A DNA stretch of 64,000 nt, from the NCBI GenBank assembly GCA_027337125.1, contig GCA_027337125.1_3057.1. One strand, written 5' to 3'. The position numbers and the translations under genes are program-made. This DNA comes from a phage. The notes beneath the pieces are model-generated. The model ran no database searches. It saw nothing but the letters and a program-made list of their open reading frames with translations, and had not been told where the DNA came from. Shown in pieces: positions 49,296-59,923 of the stretch; positions within the stretch are counted from its first letter, which is position 1; every line of letters begins with the position of its first letter.

Positions 49296-50723
49296 GTGGT
49301 AGAAATTATTCTTTCTCATCTCATATTTGATCAAGCTTATTTTTCAAAAGTTTGGCCATATATGGATTCAGAATATTTTGAAAGTGGTCCAGCTAAAAAT
49401 ACATTCAAATTAATTAAATCTCATGTTAATGAGTACCATAGCGTTCCATCTATTAATGCGTTAAATGTTGCATTAGAAAATAGTTCATTTACTGAAACAG
49501 AATATTCTGGTGTAAAAACACTTATTTCGAAACTAGCCGATTCTCCAGAAGACCACAGCTGGTTAGTAAAAGAAACAGAAAAATATGTTCAGCAAAGGGC
49601 GATGTTTAATGCTACGTCTAAAATAATTGAAATTCAAACTAATGCTGAGCTTCCTCCGGAAAAACGAAATAAGAAAATGCCGGATGTTGGTGCTATTCCT
49701 GACATCATGCGCCAAGCATTATCAATTTCATTTGATAGTTACGTTGGCCATGATTGGATGGATGACTACGAAGCACGTTGGCTATCTTATATGAATAAAG
49801 CTCGTAAGGTTCCATTTAAACTCAAAATTCTAAATAAAATTACTAAAGGCGGAGCTGAGACTGGAACACTGAACGTTTTAATGGCTGGTGTTAACGTTGG
49901 TAAGTCATTAGGTCTATGTTCATTGGCAGCAGATTATTTACAACTCGGTCATAATGTTCTTTACATTTCAATGGAAATGGCAGAAGAAGTCTGTGCTAAA
50001 CGTATTGACGCTAATATGCTCGATGTTTCTCTTGATGACATTGATGATGGGCATATTTCTTATGCTGAGTATAAAGGAAAAATGGAAAAATGGCGTGAGA
50101 AATCTACTCTCGGCCGTTTAATCGTTAAACAGTATCCTACTGGCGGAGCAGACGCTAATACATTTAGATCGCTTTTAAACGAATTAAAGCTCAAGAAGAA
50201 TTTTGTTCCAACAATCATTATTGTTGACTATCTAGGTATTTGTAAATCTTGCCGCATCAGAGTTTACTCAGAAAATAGTTACACAACTGTTAAAGCTATC
50301 GCAGAGGAATTGCGTGCTCTGGCTGTTGAAACAGAAACTGTTCTTTGGACTGCAGCGCAGGTTGGTAAACAAGCTTGGGATTCTTCCGATGTTAACATGA
50401 GCGATATTGCAGAATCCGCCGGTCTTCCAGCAACAGCCGATTTTATGCTTGCGGTCATTGAAACCGAGGAGTTAGCAGCTGCTGAACAACAACTCATTAA
50501 GCAAATCAAATCACGATATGGTGATAAGAATAAATGGAATAAGTTTTTGATGGGTGTTCAAAAAGGAAATCAGAAATGGGTAGAAATTGAACAAGATTCT
50601 ACTCCAACTGAAGTGAACGAAGTAGCAGGTTCACAGCAGATTCAGGCTGAACAGAACCGCTATCAAAGAAACGAATCTACTCGAGCTCAGTTAGATGCTT
50701 TGGCGAATGAATTAAAATTTTAG
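49296..50723 (+). CDS. 41: replicative helicase gp41 (DnaB-like)
   Basis: 475 aa, GTG start (MVEIILSHLIFDQAYF...), Walker A GVNVGKS. Confidence 0.95.
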   Translation: MVEIILSHLIFDQAYFSKVWPYMDSEYFESGPAKNTFKLIKSHVNEYHSVPSINALNVALENSSFTETEYSGVKTLISKLADSPEDHSWLVKETEKYVQQRAMFNATSKIIEIQTNAELPPEKRNKKMPDVGAIPDIMRQALSISFDSYVGHDWMDDYEARWLSYMNKARKVPFKLKILNKITKGGAETGTLNVLMAGVNVGKSLGLCSLAADYLQLGHNVLYISMEMAEEVCAKRIDANMLDVSLDDIDDGHISYAEYKGKMEKWREKSTLGRLIVKQYPTGGADANTFRSLLNELKLKKNFVPTIIIVDYLGICKSCRIRVYSENSYTTVKAIAEELRALAVETETVLWTAAQVGKQAWDSSDVNMSDIAESAGLPATADFMLAVIETEELAAAEQQLIKQIKSRYGDKNKWNKFLMGVQKGNQKWVEIEQDSTPTEVNEVAGSQQIQAEQNRYQRNESTRAQLDALANELKF

Positions 50724-50760
50724 TTTACAAGCTGACAAGACTATGGTATAGTAGTCTTGT
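50723..50760 (+). promoter_or_regulatory. early promoter with -10 bracketed by 8-bp inverted repeat
   Basis: GTTTAC-17-TATAGT; arms ACAAGACT / AGTCTTGT. Confidence 0.6.
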
Positions 50761-50781
50761 TGGTTAAATGAGGAGATCGTT

Positions 50782-50964
50782 ATGGAATTGGTAAAGGTAG
50801 TTTTTATGGGGTGGTTTAAGAATGAAAGCGTGTTTACTAAAGAAATCACAATGATGAAAGATGACGTTCAATGGGCTACTACTCAATATGCTGAAGTTAA
50901 TAAAGCATTAGTTAAAGCTTTCATTGATGACAAGAAAGTGTGTGAAGTGGATTGCAGAGGATAA
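50782..50964 (+). CDS. dmd: Dmd antitoxin-mimic (61.5), inhibitor of RnlA/LsoA
   Basis: 60 aa, matches recalled T4 Dmd (MELVKVVFMGWFKNES.FTKEITMMKDD...). Confidence 0.85.
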   Translation: MELVKVVFMGWFKNESVFTKEITMMKDDVQWATTQYAEVNKALVKAFIDDKKVCEVDCRG

Positions 50965-50965
50965 T

Positions 50966-51208
50966 ATGCACATTGTTTTATTTAAACCTACTCCGTATAA
51001 TGTCAAGAAAAATACTCAATTCAAAGCACTTGTTGCAGATACGTGGGAATTGGTGTTAGATATTCCAGCAGAAGAAAGTCCTCCATTTGGTCGAGTGGAA
51101 TTTATTAAGTTTGCTGTGCGCCCTACGAAGCGACAGATTCGCCAATGCAAAAGATACTTTCGTAAAATCGTCAAGTTAGAGAAACAGTTATTGATGCTAG
51201 TAAAATAG
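50966..51208 (+). CDS. hypothetical basic protein (61.4 position; candidate anti-toxin factor)
   Basis: ATG after GAGGATAAT; 80 aa, Lys/Arg-rich C-terminus; sits in dmd-sp island. Confidence 0.5.
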   Translation: MHIVLFKPTPYNVKKNTQFKALVADTWELVLDIPAEESPPFGRVEFIKFAVRPTKRQIRQCKRYFRKIVKLEKQLLMLVK

Positions 51209-51210
51209 TA

Positions 51211-51252
51211 GTTTACAAGCTGATAGAGTTGTGTTATAGTAATTCTATCAGC
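51211..51252 (+). promoter_or_regulatory. early promoter with -10 bracketed by 9-bp inverted repeat
   Basis: GTTTAC-17-TATAGT; arms GCTGATAGA / TCTATCAGC. Confidence 0.6.
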
Positions 51253-51271
51253 TAATCGTGGAGAAAAGAAA

Positions 51272-51526
51272 ATGATGCTAGTTAATAGAGAATATCAGTT
51301 TAAATCAGAAGAAGATTTGGAAAAATTCGCGAGTGGTTGTGAACTGAATAGACGCACAGCTAAAGTCATAGGATTAAAACCCTTTACAGTTCTAGATTGT
51401 GAAGTTTCTAAATTCCGCAGAGGGTGTTCTATTAGCGGTCATGCTCTGGTTGATGGGAACACATTTTTCTTTGTTTTTAGCGTCAGAGAACTTTTATTGA
51501 TTAACGAACTTGAGGAAATAAAATAG
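51272..51526 (+). CDS. hypothetical protein
   Basis: 84-aa ORF with GGAG SD. Confidence 0.5.
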   Translation: MMLVNREYQFKSEEDLEKFASGCELNRRTAKVIGLKPFTVLDCEVSKFRRGCSISGHALVDGNTFFFVFSVRELLLINELEEIK

Positions 51527-51555
51527 TTTACTTTTGTTGGAAATTGAGATACTAT
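51526..51555 (+). promoter_or_regulatory. early promoter
   Basis: GTTTAC-17 bp-TACTAT. Confidence 0.5.
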
Positions 51556-51583
51556 ATAAACATAAACTACTGAGGAGATTATC

Positions 51584-51877
51584 ATGAAAAAATTTGTTTT
51601 TGCTGCAATTTTTGCTTTGGCTTCTTGTGCTGCTCAGCCTGCTATGGCGGGTTATGATAAAGATTTGTGCGAATGGTCTATGACTGCAGATCAGACTGAG
51701 GTTGAAACTCAGATTGAAGCAGATATTATGAATATCGTTGAACGTGATCGCCCTGAAATGAAAGCTGAAGTACAAAAACAGCTTAAGTCTGGTGGTGTAA
51801 TGCAGTATAATTACGTTCTGTATTGTGATAAAAACTTCAATAATAAAAATATCATCGCTGAAGTAGTAGGTGAATAA
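51584..51877 (+). CDS. sp: Spackle (Sp, 61.3) periplasmic lysozyme inhibitor
   Basis: 97 aa with signal peptide; matches recalled T4 Sp (MKKF.FA.IFALASCAAQPAMAGYDKDLCEW...). Confidence 0.85.
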   Translation: MKKFVFAAIFALASCAAQPAMAGYDKDLCEWSMTADQTEVETQIEADIMNIVERDRPEMKAEVQKQLKSGGVMQYNYVLYCDKNFNNKNIIAEVVGE

Positions 51878-51889
51878 TTAGAGGCTAAT

Positions 51890-52056
51890 ATGAAAACGTT
51901 TAAAGAATTTATCAAAGAAGATATGGTCGCTGGAGATTCAGGTGGTAATCCTGAAAATATCTCTACTGGAACAACGTCAGGCGCTGTAGTAAATAAAGGT
52001 CCTGAACAGATTCCTAAAAAGAAAAAAGAGGAATCTAAAGAAAAAGAAGAGTAAAA
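51890..52056 (+). CDS. small Lys/Glu-rich peptide with CTS-like N-terminus (55 aa)
   Basis: MKTFKEFIKE resembles capsid-targeting sequence with I-x-E; below ORF-track cut-off. Confidence 0.4.
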
Positions 52057-53085
52057 ATGTCATCAATACCTTGGATTGATAATGAGTTTGCATATCGTGC
52101 GCTAGCTCATTTACCTAAATTCACACAAGTAAATAATAGTTCAACTTTTAAATTACGGTTTAGATGCCCTGTTTGTGGAGATTCAAAAACCGACCAAAAT
52201 AAAGCTCGTGGATGGTATTATGGCGATAATAATGAAGGAAATATTCATTGCTATAACTGTAACTATCATGCACCAATCGGAATATATTTAAAGGAGTTTG
52301 AACCCGATTTATATCGTGAGTATATCTTTGAAATAAGAAAAGAAAAAGGTAAAAGTCGTCCAGCAGAAAAACCTAAAGAACTTCCTAAACAACCTGAGAA
52401 GAAAATAATTAAATCTCTTCCGTCATGCATTAGATTGGATAAACTGGCGGAAGACCATCCAATTATAAAATACGTAAAAGCTCGATGTATTCCAAAGGAT
52501 AAATGGAAATATCTTTGGTTTACAACCGAATGGCCTAAATTAGTTAATAGTATAGCGCCAGGAACATATAAAAAGGAAATATCTGAGCCTCGTCTTGTTA
52601 TTCCAATTTATAATGCTAATGGAAAAGCTGAGTCTTTTCAAGGACGTGCATTAAAGAAAGATGCTCCTCAAAAATATATCACCATCAAAGCTTATCCTGA
52701 GGCAACAAAAATCTATGGAGTCGAACGGGTTAAAGATGGTGATGTATATGTTCTAGAAGGACCTATAGATTCTCTTTTTATTGAAAATGGTATAGCTATT
52801 ACGGGTGGTCAATTAGACCTAGAAATTGTTCCATTTAAAGATAGACGTGTATGGGTTTTAGATAATGAACCTCGTCACCCTGACACTATTAAACGAATGA
52901 CTAAATTAGTTGATGCAGGAGAAAGGGTTATGTTTTGGGATAAATCTCCCTGGAAATCAAAAGATGTCAATGATATGATTAGAAAGGAAGGTGCAACCCC
53001 TGAACAAATTATGGAATATATGAAAAATAATATTGCCCAAGGGTTGATGGCTAAAATGCGGCTATCTAAATATGCTAAGATTTAA
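52057..53085 (+). CDS. 61: DNA primase gp61
   Basis: 342 aa; zinc ribbon CPVCGDS...CYNCNYH; TOPRIM-like EGPIDSLF. Confidence 0.95.
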   Translation: MSSIPWIDNEFAYRALAHLPKFTQVNNSSTFKLRFRCPVCGDSKTDQNKARGWYYGDNNEGNIHCYNCNYHAPIGIYLKEFEPDLYREYIFEIRKEKGKSRPAEKPKELPKQPEKKIIKSLPSCIRLDKLAEDHPIIKYVKARCIPKDKWKYLWFTTEWPKLVNSIAPGTYKKEISEPRLVIPIYNANGKAESFQGRALKKDAPQKYITIKAYPEATKIYGVERVKDGDVYVLEGPIDSLFIENGIAITGGQLDLEIVPFKDRRVWVLDNEPRHPDTIKRMTKLVDAGERVMFWDKSPWKSKDVNDMIRKEGATPEQIMEYMKNNIAQGLMAKMRLSKYAKI

Positions 53086-53282
53086 ATTAACCCAACTAAA
53101 GCAAATGCTAAATCTACGAATGTATCAAGAGTAATTACTGGAATACTAACGCCATGAGCAATAGCAACTGGCGATAAAACAAAATTCCAAAGTAAAATTC
53201 CTATCATAGCAGAAATAGTAAAAGCTATACGTTTTTTATTACCTTTGATGGCATTAACAAGTGCCATTAATTTTTGTACCAT
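53082..53282 (-). CDS. small membrane protein on the opposite strand (66 aa)
   Basis: Only minus-strand gene with strong SD (AAAGGAGG 7 nt before ATG) and ATAAATAT late-promoter-like box; two hydrophobic helices; overlaps last codons of gene 61. Confidence 0.5.
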   Translation of the reverse strand: MVQKLMALVNAIKGNKKRIAFTISAMIGILLWNFVLSPVAIAHGVSIPVITLDTFVDLAFALVGLI

Positions 53283-53330
53283 GCGTCGTCCTCCTTTAAA
53301 TTAATATTTATCGCAAATTTTACAAAATTT

Positions 53331-53376
53331 GTTTACTTTCTCAGCTTGTTATGGTATTATAAAATAAACTGCTGAG
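53331..53376 (+). promoter_or_regulatory. early promoter inside inverted repeat whose 3' arm covers the SD
   Basis: GTTTAC-17-TATTAT; arms CTCAGC / GCTGAG, the latter within GCTGAGGA SD. Confidence 0.55.
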
Positions 53377-53385
53377 GATAATATA

Positions 53386-54725
<1,340 letters not shown>

Positions 54726-54785
54726 TTGCTTATATATTCAAATGATATAATTATTTAACTTATTAATGAATTGAAAGGAAAAATA

Positions 54786-55304
54786 ATGGCATACTTTAAT
54801 GAATGTTCACAACTGATTGAAGGCGCTGATAAAGCTCAAAATGAATACTGGGATATTCTCGGTGATGAAAAAGACCCGCTGCAGGTTATGCTTGATATGC
54901 AGAAATCTTTACAGGTTCGTTTAGCTAAAGATAAACCTGAATATAACCGTCATCCTGATGATTTGGCTACTGCAGGTGAAGTTGTTGATTGGCTACGTAA
55001 TCAGAAAGATTATATTGACGATGAATTCCGCGAACTTCTGACTTCTCTTGGCGGTATGAGCAATGGTGAAAAAGATGCATCTGCTGTATGGAAGCCTTGG
55101 AAAGCTCAACATGGTGAACGCCGTGAAACTCTAATTACTGATTTGTCTCCACAAGACCAGTTGGAAATTAAATTCGAAATGATTGATATTCTTCATTTCG
55201 TTCTGAACATGTTCCAAGGTCTCGGCCTTACAGCTGAAGAAATCTTTAAACTTTATTATCTGAAAAATGCTGAAAACTTCGCGCGTCAAGACCGAGGTTA
55301 TTAA
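54786..55304 (+). CDS. 56: dCTPase/dUTPase gp56
   Basis: 172 aa from MAYFNEC; closely resembles recalled T4 gp56. Confidence 0.9.
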   Translation: MAYFNECSQLIEGADKAQNEYWDILGDEKDPLQVMLDMQKSLQVRLAKDKPEYNRHPDDLATAGEVVDWLRNQKDYIDDEFRELLTSLGGMSNGEKDASAVWKPWKAQHGERRETLITDLSPQDQLEIKFEMIDILHFVLNMFQGLGLTAEEIFKLYYLKNAENFARQDRGY

Positions 55305-55348
55305 TGGCTCGTTTATTTAAACGACGACTTAAAAGCCGTGAGAATTAT

Positions 55349-55356
55349 TATAAATA
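55349..55356 (+). promoter_or_regulatory. late promoter of soc
   Basis: Exact TATAAATA box about 30 nt upstream of soc ATG. Confidence 0.65.
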
Positions 55357-55386
55357 ATCATGTAATTTAAATAAAAGGAGAATTAC

Positions 55387-55632
55387 ATGGCTAGTACTCG
55401 CGGTTATGTTAATATCAAAACGTTTGAGCAGAAATTAGATGGAAATAAGAAAATTGAAGGAAAGGAAATTTCTGTAGCTTTCCCTCTTTATTCTGACGTT
55501 CACAAAATTTCTGGCGCTCATTATCAGATATTCCCTTCAGAAAAAGCAGCATATACTACCGTATATGAAGAAAATCAACGTGCTGCGTGGATTGCTGCAA
55601 ACGAAGATTTGTGGAAAGTAACTGGTGAATAA
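55387..55632 (+). CDS. soc: small outer capsid protein Soc
   Basis: 81 aa, matches recalled T4 Soc (MASTRGYVNIKTFEQKLDGNKKIEGKEISVAFPLYSDVHKISGAHYQ...). Confidence 0.9.
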   Translation: MASTRGYVNIKTFEQKLDGNKKIEGKEISVAFPLYSDVHKISGAHYQIFPSEKAAYTTVYEENQRAAWIAANEDLWKVTGE

Positions 55633-55638
55633 ATTCAG

Positions 55639-55662
55639 GGACTCCTTCGGGAGTCCTTTTTT
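55639..55662 (+). terminator. rho-independent terminator
   Basis: GGACTCC-TTCG-GGAGTCC hairpin plus TTTTTT. Confidence 0.65.
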
Positions 55663-55672
55663 CATTTTACCG

Positions 55673-55702
55673 GTTTACTTTCCACAATGAGTATGGTATA
55701 AT
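55673..55702 (+). promoter_or_regulatory. early promoter
   Basis: GTTTAC-17 bp-TATAAT directly after terminator. Confidence 0.6.
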
Positions 55703-55728
55703 AGAATTATCTTATAGAGGAGAGCACT

Positions 55729-55941
55729 ATGTTAAATCGTTGGATTAAACCAAATGAAGACCTCCAGAAGGTTCTTGATAAAGCTATCTCTGATAAATGG
55801 GGTATGAAAAGCTGGGATTGTGATATCGTCACGCATTCATTCATGATGCATACAGATGGTTCAGTCGAGTTCAATGCTGAAATGCGATACACTGACTGGG
55901 GTGGATTTCAAAGAGTCGAATTTCAAAGAGGCTTTTTGTAA
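55729..55941 (+). CDS. hypothetical protein
   Basis: 70-aa ORF with AGAGGAGAG SD. Confidence 0.5.
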   Translation: MLNRWIKPNEDLQKVLDKAISDKWGMKSWDCDIVTHSFMMHTDGSVEFNAEMRYTDWGGFQRVEFQRGFL

Positions 55942-56282
55942 TGTTTATCTTTAATTGGTTTAAAAGTTTCTTTACGGATTTTTTCTCTACAACTCCCGGA
56001 GAAGGTGTAGTTCCTATTTCAAATGACTACCTTCCTTTAACTGTAGTTGAATATGTTTATATGGGAGATGGAACAGTAGAAGCAGTTACTATGACTTATG
56101 AAGAAGCCCAGGAATATTATAAAAATCCTTGGCGCTGGTCAACACCTACTACATCATCTAATACGCAGAATACACAGTCTAGTTCTGATTCATATGACAC
56201 TAATGTTCCTGTTCATGTATGGGCAGGCGATTCGTGTGGAAGTTCTTGTGATTCTAGTTGTTCATCTACATCTTGTGATTGA
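55941..56282 (+). CDS. hypothetical Ser/Cys-rich protein
   Basis: 113-aa ORF, low-complexity C-terminus. Confidence 0.5.
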   Translation: MFIFNWFKSFFTDFFSTTPGEGVVPISNDYLPLTVVEYVYMGDGTVEAVTMTYEEAQEYYKNPWRWSTPTTSSNTQNTQSSSDSYDTNVPVHVWAGDSCGSSCDSSCSSTSCD

Positions 56283-56290
56283 GGAAAATT

Positions 56291-56776
56291 ATGGAAGCGA
56301 TTTTGTTTGAAATGTATATTAGCAGTGATAGCATGGCGTTTGCTAAAGATATTCCAATTACAGTAGCAGTAATGATTGATAAGGGTTATTGTGACCCAAT
56401 GTATCTCGTAGAAAATTTCGTTTCAATGCCAGTTCCAGAAGATGCTGAAATAAAGCTTAAAAAGATTGGTATCATTGAAACTGTACCAAATATTCCGTTT
56501 AGAGCAATTGAAGCATTTACTAAATCCGAATACATTAATGTTAGCGCAGAACAATATAATGATAAGCCTTTATCTTTTTATTCGTACGATTCACTATATA
56601 GCTGGAAAATAGATAAAGGAAATAAATTTATAATTGCAAGTGAAGATGCTTTATCATACTTTATTTCTTCTGTATGGAATAGTTTACATCCAAATTTGCT
56701 AAAAATTCATGAATTTGATGATGCTCCTACTGTTGTTTTAGGTAAAACAAATGAAAGTTCTGAAGAAAATGTTTGA
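56291..56776 (+). CDS. hypothetical protein
   Basis: ATG after TGAGGAAAATT; ORF-track start is TTG. Confidence 0.5.
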   Translation: MEAILFEMYISSDSMAFAKDIPITVAVMIDKGYCDPMYLVENFVSMPVPEDAEIKLKKIGIIETVPNIPFRAIEAFTKSEYINVSAEQYNDKPLSFYSYDSLYSWKIDKGNKFIIASEDALSYFISSVWNSLHPNLLKIHEFDDAPTVVLGKTNESSEENV

Positions 56777-56954
56777 ATGGTTCAATAGACCAAACTCAAT
56801 GTACATTGACGATGGTTGGGTTGAACAGGCAAATAAAGAAATGCAGAACGAATCAGAAGAATGGATGAAATCAATGATTAGTGCCGAGAAAGAAAAGAAA
56901 TTAGAACGCTCAGCGCTTAAATTGATGAGAGACATCTATGGGGATAAATCATGA
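56751..56954 (+). CDS. hypothetical protein
   Basis: 67-aa ORF overlapping previous gene end. Confidence 0.45.
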   Translation: MKVLKKMFEWFNRPNSMYIDDGWVEQANKEMQNESEEWMKSMISAEKEKKLERSALKLMRDIYGDKS

Positions 56955-57115
56955 ACAGAGATATGACGTTAGAAGAGGCCAAGGCTAAAGCAAATGAAGC
57001 ATTGGATTTGCTTCTTAAAATTGGCAGTAAAATGATGGAAGAAAATGAGAAATATATCCAGGAAAACAAAATTCCTGACGGTCCATTAGTAGGCAAGAGG
57101 AAATCATATGATTGA
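56951..57115 (+). CDS. hypothetical small protein (54 aa)
   Basis: ATG overlapping previous stop; coding-like. Confidence 0.4.
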   Translation: MNRDMTLEEAKAKANEALDLLLKIGSKMMEENEKYIQENKIPDGPLVGKRKSYD

Positions 57116-57578
57116 AGTAGCAAAACATTATTCAATAGAATTTATGTCCAAAGAAGGTAAATCAGTAAATACACTTGATAAAAAGTGCTCATTAATTATT
57201 CCTTTAGCAGAAAATCCGGATCTTTTAATTAAAGATATAAAAGAAAGAAAATATCCAGAAAATGTTATTCTAATTATAAAGCATACTGAAGATATTTTGC
57301 AGAATACTGATTCACCATTTTCTTCTTCTGAAGCTTTAACTATTAAAGGCTATAAAAGAGCTCGTGAATATGGTCTTTTTGACCTGTTTGAAGACGATAA
57401 AGTTAAATTAGCGAGTCAACCTTCTAAAAGTAAAACATTCATTATTGAAGATATTAAAGATATAAATGCATTTGTTAAGATGGTCTGGGCTCATTTTGAT
57501 GTTGGACTACGCTGGAGAATGTCCGAAGAAGAAAGAAAGATTATTGAAGCTAATCGTCAATTTGGTTTTTATCGCTAG
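57108..57578 (+). CDS. hypothetical protein
   Basis: 156-aa ORF. Confidence 0.55.
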   Translation: MIEVAKHYSIEFMSKEGKSVNTLDKKCSLIIPLAENPDLLIKDIKERKYPENVILIIKHTEDILQNTDSPFSSSEALTIKGYKRAREYGLFDLFEDDKVKLASQPSKSKTFIIEDIKDINAFVKMVWAHFDVGLRWRMSEEERKIIEANRQFGFYR

Positions 57579-57586
57579 GAATTAGT

Positions 57587-57769
57587 ATGGATTTATTTGA
57601 GATGTTAGAAGATAATCATTCTACGAATATCCAGAATGATTCTAGTGATTATAAGAAAGAATACCGTATAGTATTACAGAATTATGGAATTGAAGCCCCA
57701 GATGCTCTTCTAGAAGAACTGGCTTCATACCATCTTGACCCTCCGCCTTGGGCTCCCTGGGCAAAATAA
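57587..57769 (+). CDS. hypothetical acidic protein
   Basis: 60-aa ORF. Confidence 0.5.
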   Translation: MDLFEMLEDNHSTNIQNDSSDYKKEYRIVLQNYGIEAPDALLEELASYHLDPPPWAPWAK

Positions 57770-57780
57770 TTCAAAAAGTT

Positions 57781-57836
57781 GTTTACTTTCCTTTCTAACG
57801 ATGATATGATAGCTTCTGAAGTATACGGAGGCTATC
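57781..57836 (+). promoter_or_regulatory. early promoter with inverted repeat flanking SD
   Basis: GTTTAC-17-TATGAT; arms GATAGC / GCTATC enclosing TACGGAGG SD. Confidence 0.5.
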
Positions 57837-58460
57837 ATGATTATTAATCTTGCAGATGTTGAACAGTTATCTATAAAAGCTGAAAGCGTTGATTTTCAAT
57901 ATGATATGTATAAAAAGGTCTGTGAAAAATTTACTGACTTTGAACAGTCAATTCTTTGGCAATGTATGGAAGCCAAAAAGAATGAAGCTCTTCATCGGCA
58001 GTTGAATAAAATCATTAAAAAGCATTTAACTAAATCACCTTATCAGCTATATCGTGGTATATCAAAATCGACAAAAGAACTCATTAAAGATTTACAAGTC
58101 GGAGAAGTGTTTTCAACGAACAGAGTAGATTCATTTACTACTAGTTTGCACACAGCGTGTTCTTTTTCTTATGCTGAATATTTTACTGAAACAATACTTC
58201 GCTTAAAAACTGATAAAGCTTTTAATTACTCTGACCATATCAGCGATATTATACTTTCTTCTCCTAATACTGAGTTTAAGTATACATATGAAGATACTGA
58301 TGGATTAGATTCAGAACGTACTGATAACTTAATGATGATTGTGCGTGAACAAGAATGGATGATTCCAATTGGAAAGTATAAAATAACTTCTATTTCAAAA
58401 GAAAAATTACATGATTCATTTGGAACATTTAAAGTGTATGATATTGAGGTAGTTGAATGA
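57837..58460 (+). CDS. modB: ADP-ribosyltransferase ModB-like
   Basis: 207 aa; ART signature R (YRGIS), S-T-x, and EQEWMIP (Q/E-x-E). Confidence 0.65.
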   Translation: MIINLADVEQLSIKAESVDFQYDMYKKVCEKFTDFEQSILWQCMEAKKNEALHRQLNKIIKKHLTKSPYQLYRGISKSTKELIKDLQVGEVFSTNRVDSFTTSLHTACSFSYAEYFTETILRLKTDKAFNYSDHISDIILSSPNTEFKYTYEDTDGLDSERTDNLMMIVREQEWMIPIGKYKITSISKEKLHDSFGTFKVYDIEVVE

Positions 58461-59059
58461 AATATTCAGCAATGCAATTAAAAGATTTTAAAATCAAATC
58501 AATGGATGCATCGGTGCGTGCTTCTATTCGTGAAGAATTACTTTCTGAAGGATTTAATTTATCTGAAATTGAACTTTTAATTCATTGTATTACTAATAAG
58601 CCAGACGATCATTCTTGGTTAAATGAAATAATCAAATCTCGTTTGGTTCCAAACGATAAACCTCTTTGGAGAGGTGTTCCAGTTGAGACTAAGCAGGTGT
58701 TAAATCAAGGAATTGATATTATTACATTTGATAAAGTAGTATCAGCTTCATATGATAAAAATATAGCTCTGCATTTTGCTTCTGGATTAGAATACAACAC
58801 GCAAGTTATTTTTGAATTCAAAGCTCCTATGGTATTTAATTTTCAGGAGTATGCTATAAAAGCTCTACGCTGTAAAGAATATAGTCCAAGTTTTAAGTTT
58901 CCGGATAGCCATCGCTATCGTAATATGGAATTAGTTTCAGATGAACAAGAAGTAATGATACCAGCTGGAAGTGTATTTAGAATTGCGGATAGATACGAGT
59001 ATAAAAAGTATTCAACATACACTATCTATACTCTTGACTTTGAAGGATTTAATCTATAA
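58457..59059 (+). CDS. modA: ADP-ribosyltransferase ModA-like
   Basis: 200 aa; LWRGV, SASYD and EQEVMIP motifs; paralogue of preceding gene. Confidence 0.65.
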   Translation: MKYSAMQLKDFKIKSMDASVRASIREELLSEGFNLSEIELLIHCITNKPDDHSWLNEIIKSRLVPNDKPLWRGVPVETKQVLNQGIDIITFDKVVSASYDKNIALHFASGLEYNTQVIFEFKAPMVFNFQEYAIKALRCKEYSPSFKFPDSHRYRNMELVSDEQEVMIPAGSVFRIADRYEYKKYSTYTIYTLDFEGFNL

Positions 59060-59115
59060 TGGAAGGACTTAGATTCATTATACCATGAAAGTTTTAAAGC
59101 ATTTTTCATAAAGTT

Positions 59116-59145
59116 GTTTACAAGCTGAAGTAAAAATGTTATAAT
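59116..59145 (+). promoter_or_regulatory. early promoter
   Basis: GTTTAC-17 bp-TATAAT. Confidence 0.55.
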
Positions 59146-59175
59146 ATAAGTAGTTAACCCGTCCGTGAGAAAAAT

Positions 59176-59922
59176 ATGAAACTGTCTAAAAATCAAATTC
59201 GTAAAATTACACGTCGTCTAGAGCATACTCAGGCATCAGCTAAAAGACGTTCTAAAGATTTTAACTTAGACTTCAATTACATTAAGAACATTTTAGATCA
59301 GAAAGTTTGCGCTTACTCAGGAGAACCTTTTGATAATCGTATTGAAGGAGAGAAATTATCGTTAGAACGTTTTGATAATAACGTTGGATACATTAAAGGG
59401 AATGTTATTGCAGTAAAGAAAAAGTATAATACATTTCGTTCTGATTATACTTTAGAAGAGTTGATTGAAAAGCGTGATTTATTTGCTTTGCGAATTGGTC
59501 GTTCATCTGCGAAAAAAGTTCATAAACTAAATTTAGATGAAAAGAAATGGGCTAAAATCAAAAAGACTTATAATCAAATTAAAGCTATACAGAAAAAACG
59601 TGAAAACCGAATTGAACACATTTCTCAGCTTTCTAAATCAAAACAAACTTCTGACGTTAAGCTAACGATTATAGCACTTAAAGCTCGTATTGATGGTTCT
59701 CGTATAGCAGAAGGCGCTGAAGTTGTTAAATTGAACGTTCTTCTTAAAGGCTCGGATTGGAAAACTGTGAAAAAGCTGTCAGAAGCAGAAATGCAATATG
59801 ATATGTGTGATAAAATTATTCAAGGTGTAGAGCGGTATCAAAACTTGTCTTTTATTGATAAACTTAAACTGAAAAGAGGATACCCGCTAAATTGTTCAAT
59901 TTTTAAACTTATCCGAGGATAA
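59176..59922 (+). CDS. srd: Srd-like protein (sigma-related, RNase E activator in T4)
   Basis: 248-aa basic protein at the position between modA and dda. Confidence 0.55.
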   Translation: MKLSKNQIRKITRRLEHTQASAKRRSKDFNLDFNYIKNILDQKVCAYSGEPFDNRIEGEKLSLERFDNNVGYIKGNVIAVKKKYNTFRSDYTLEELIEKRDLFALRIGRSSAKKVHKLNLDEKKWAKIKKTYNQIKAIQKKRENRIEHISQLSKSKQTSDVKLTIIALKARIDGSRIAEGAEVVKLNVLLKGSDWKTVKKLSEAEMQYDMCDKIIQGVERYQNLSFIDKLKLKRGYPLNCSIFKLIRG

Positions 59923-59923
59923 T

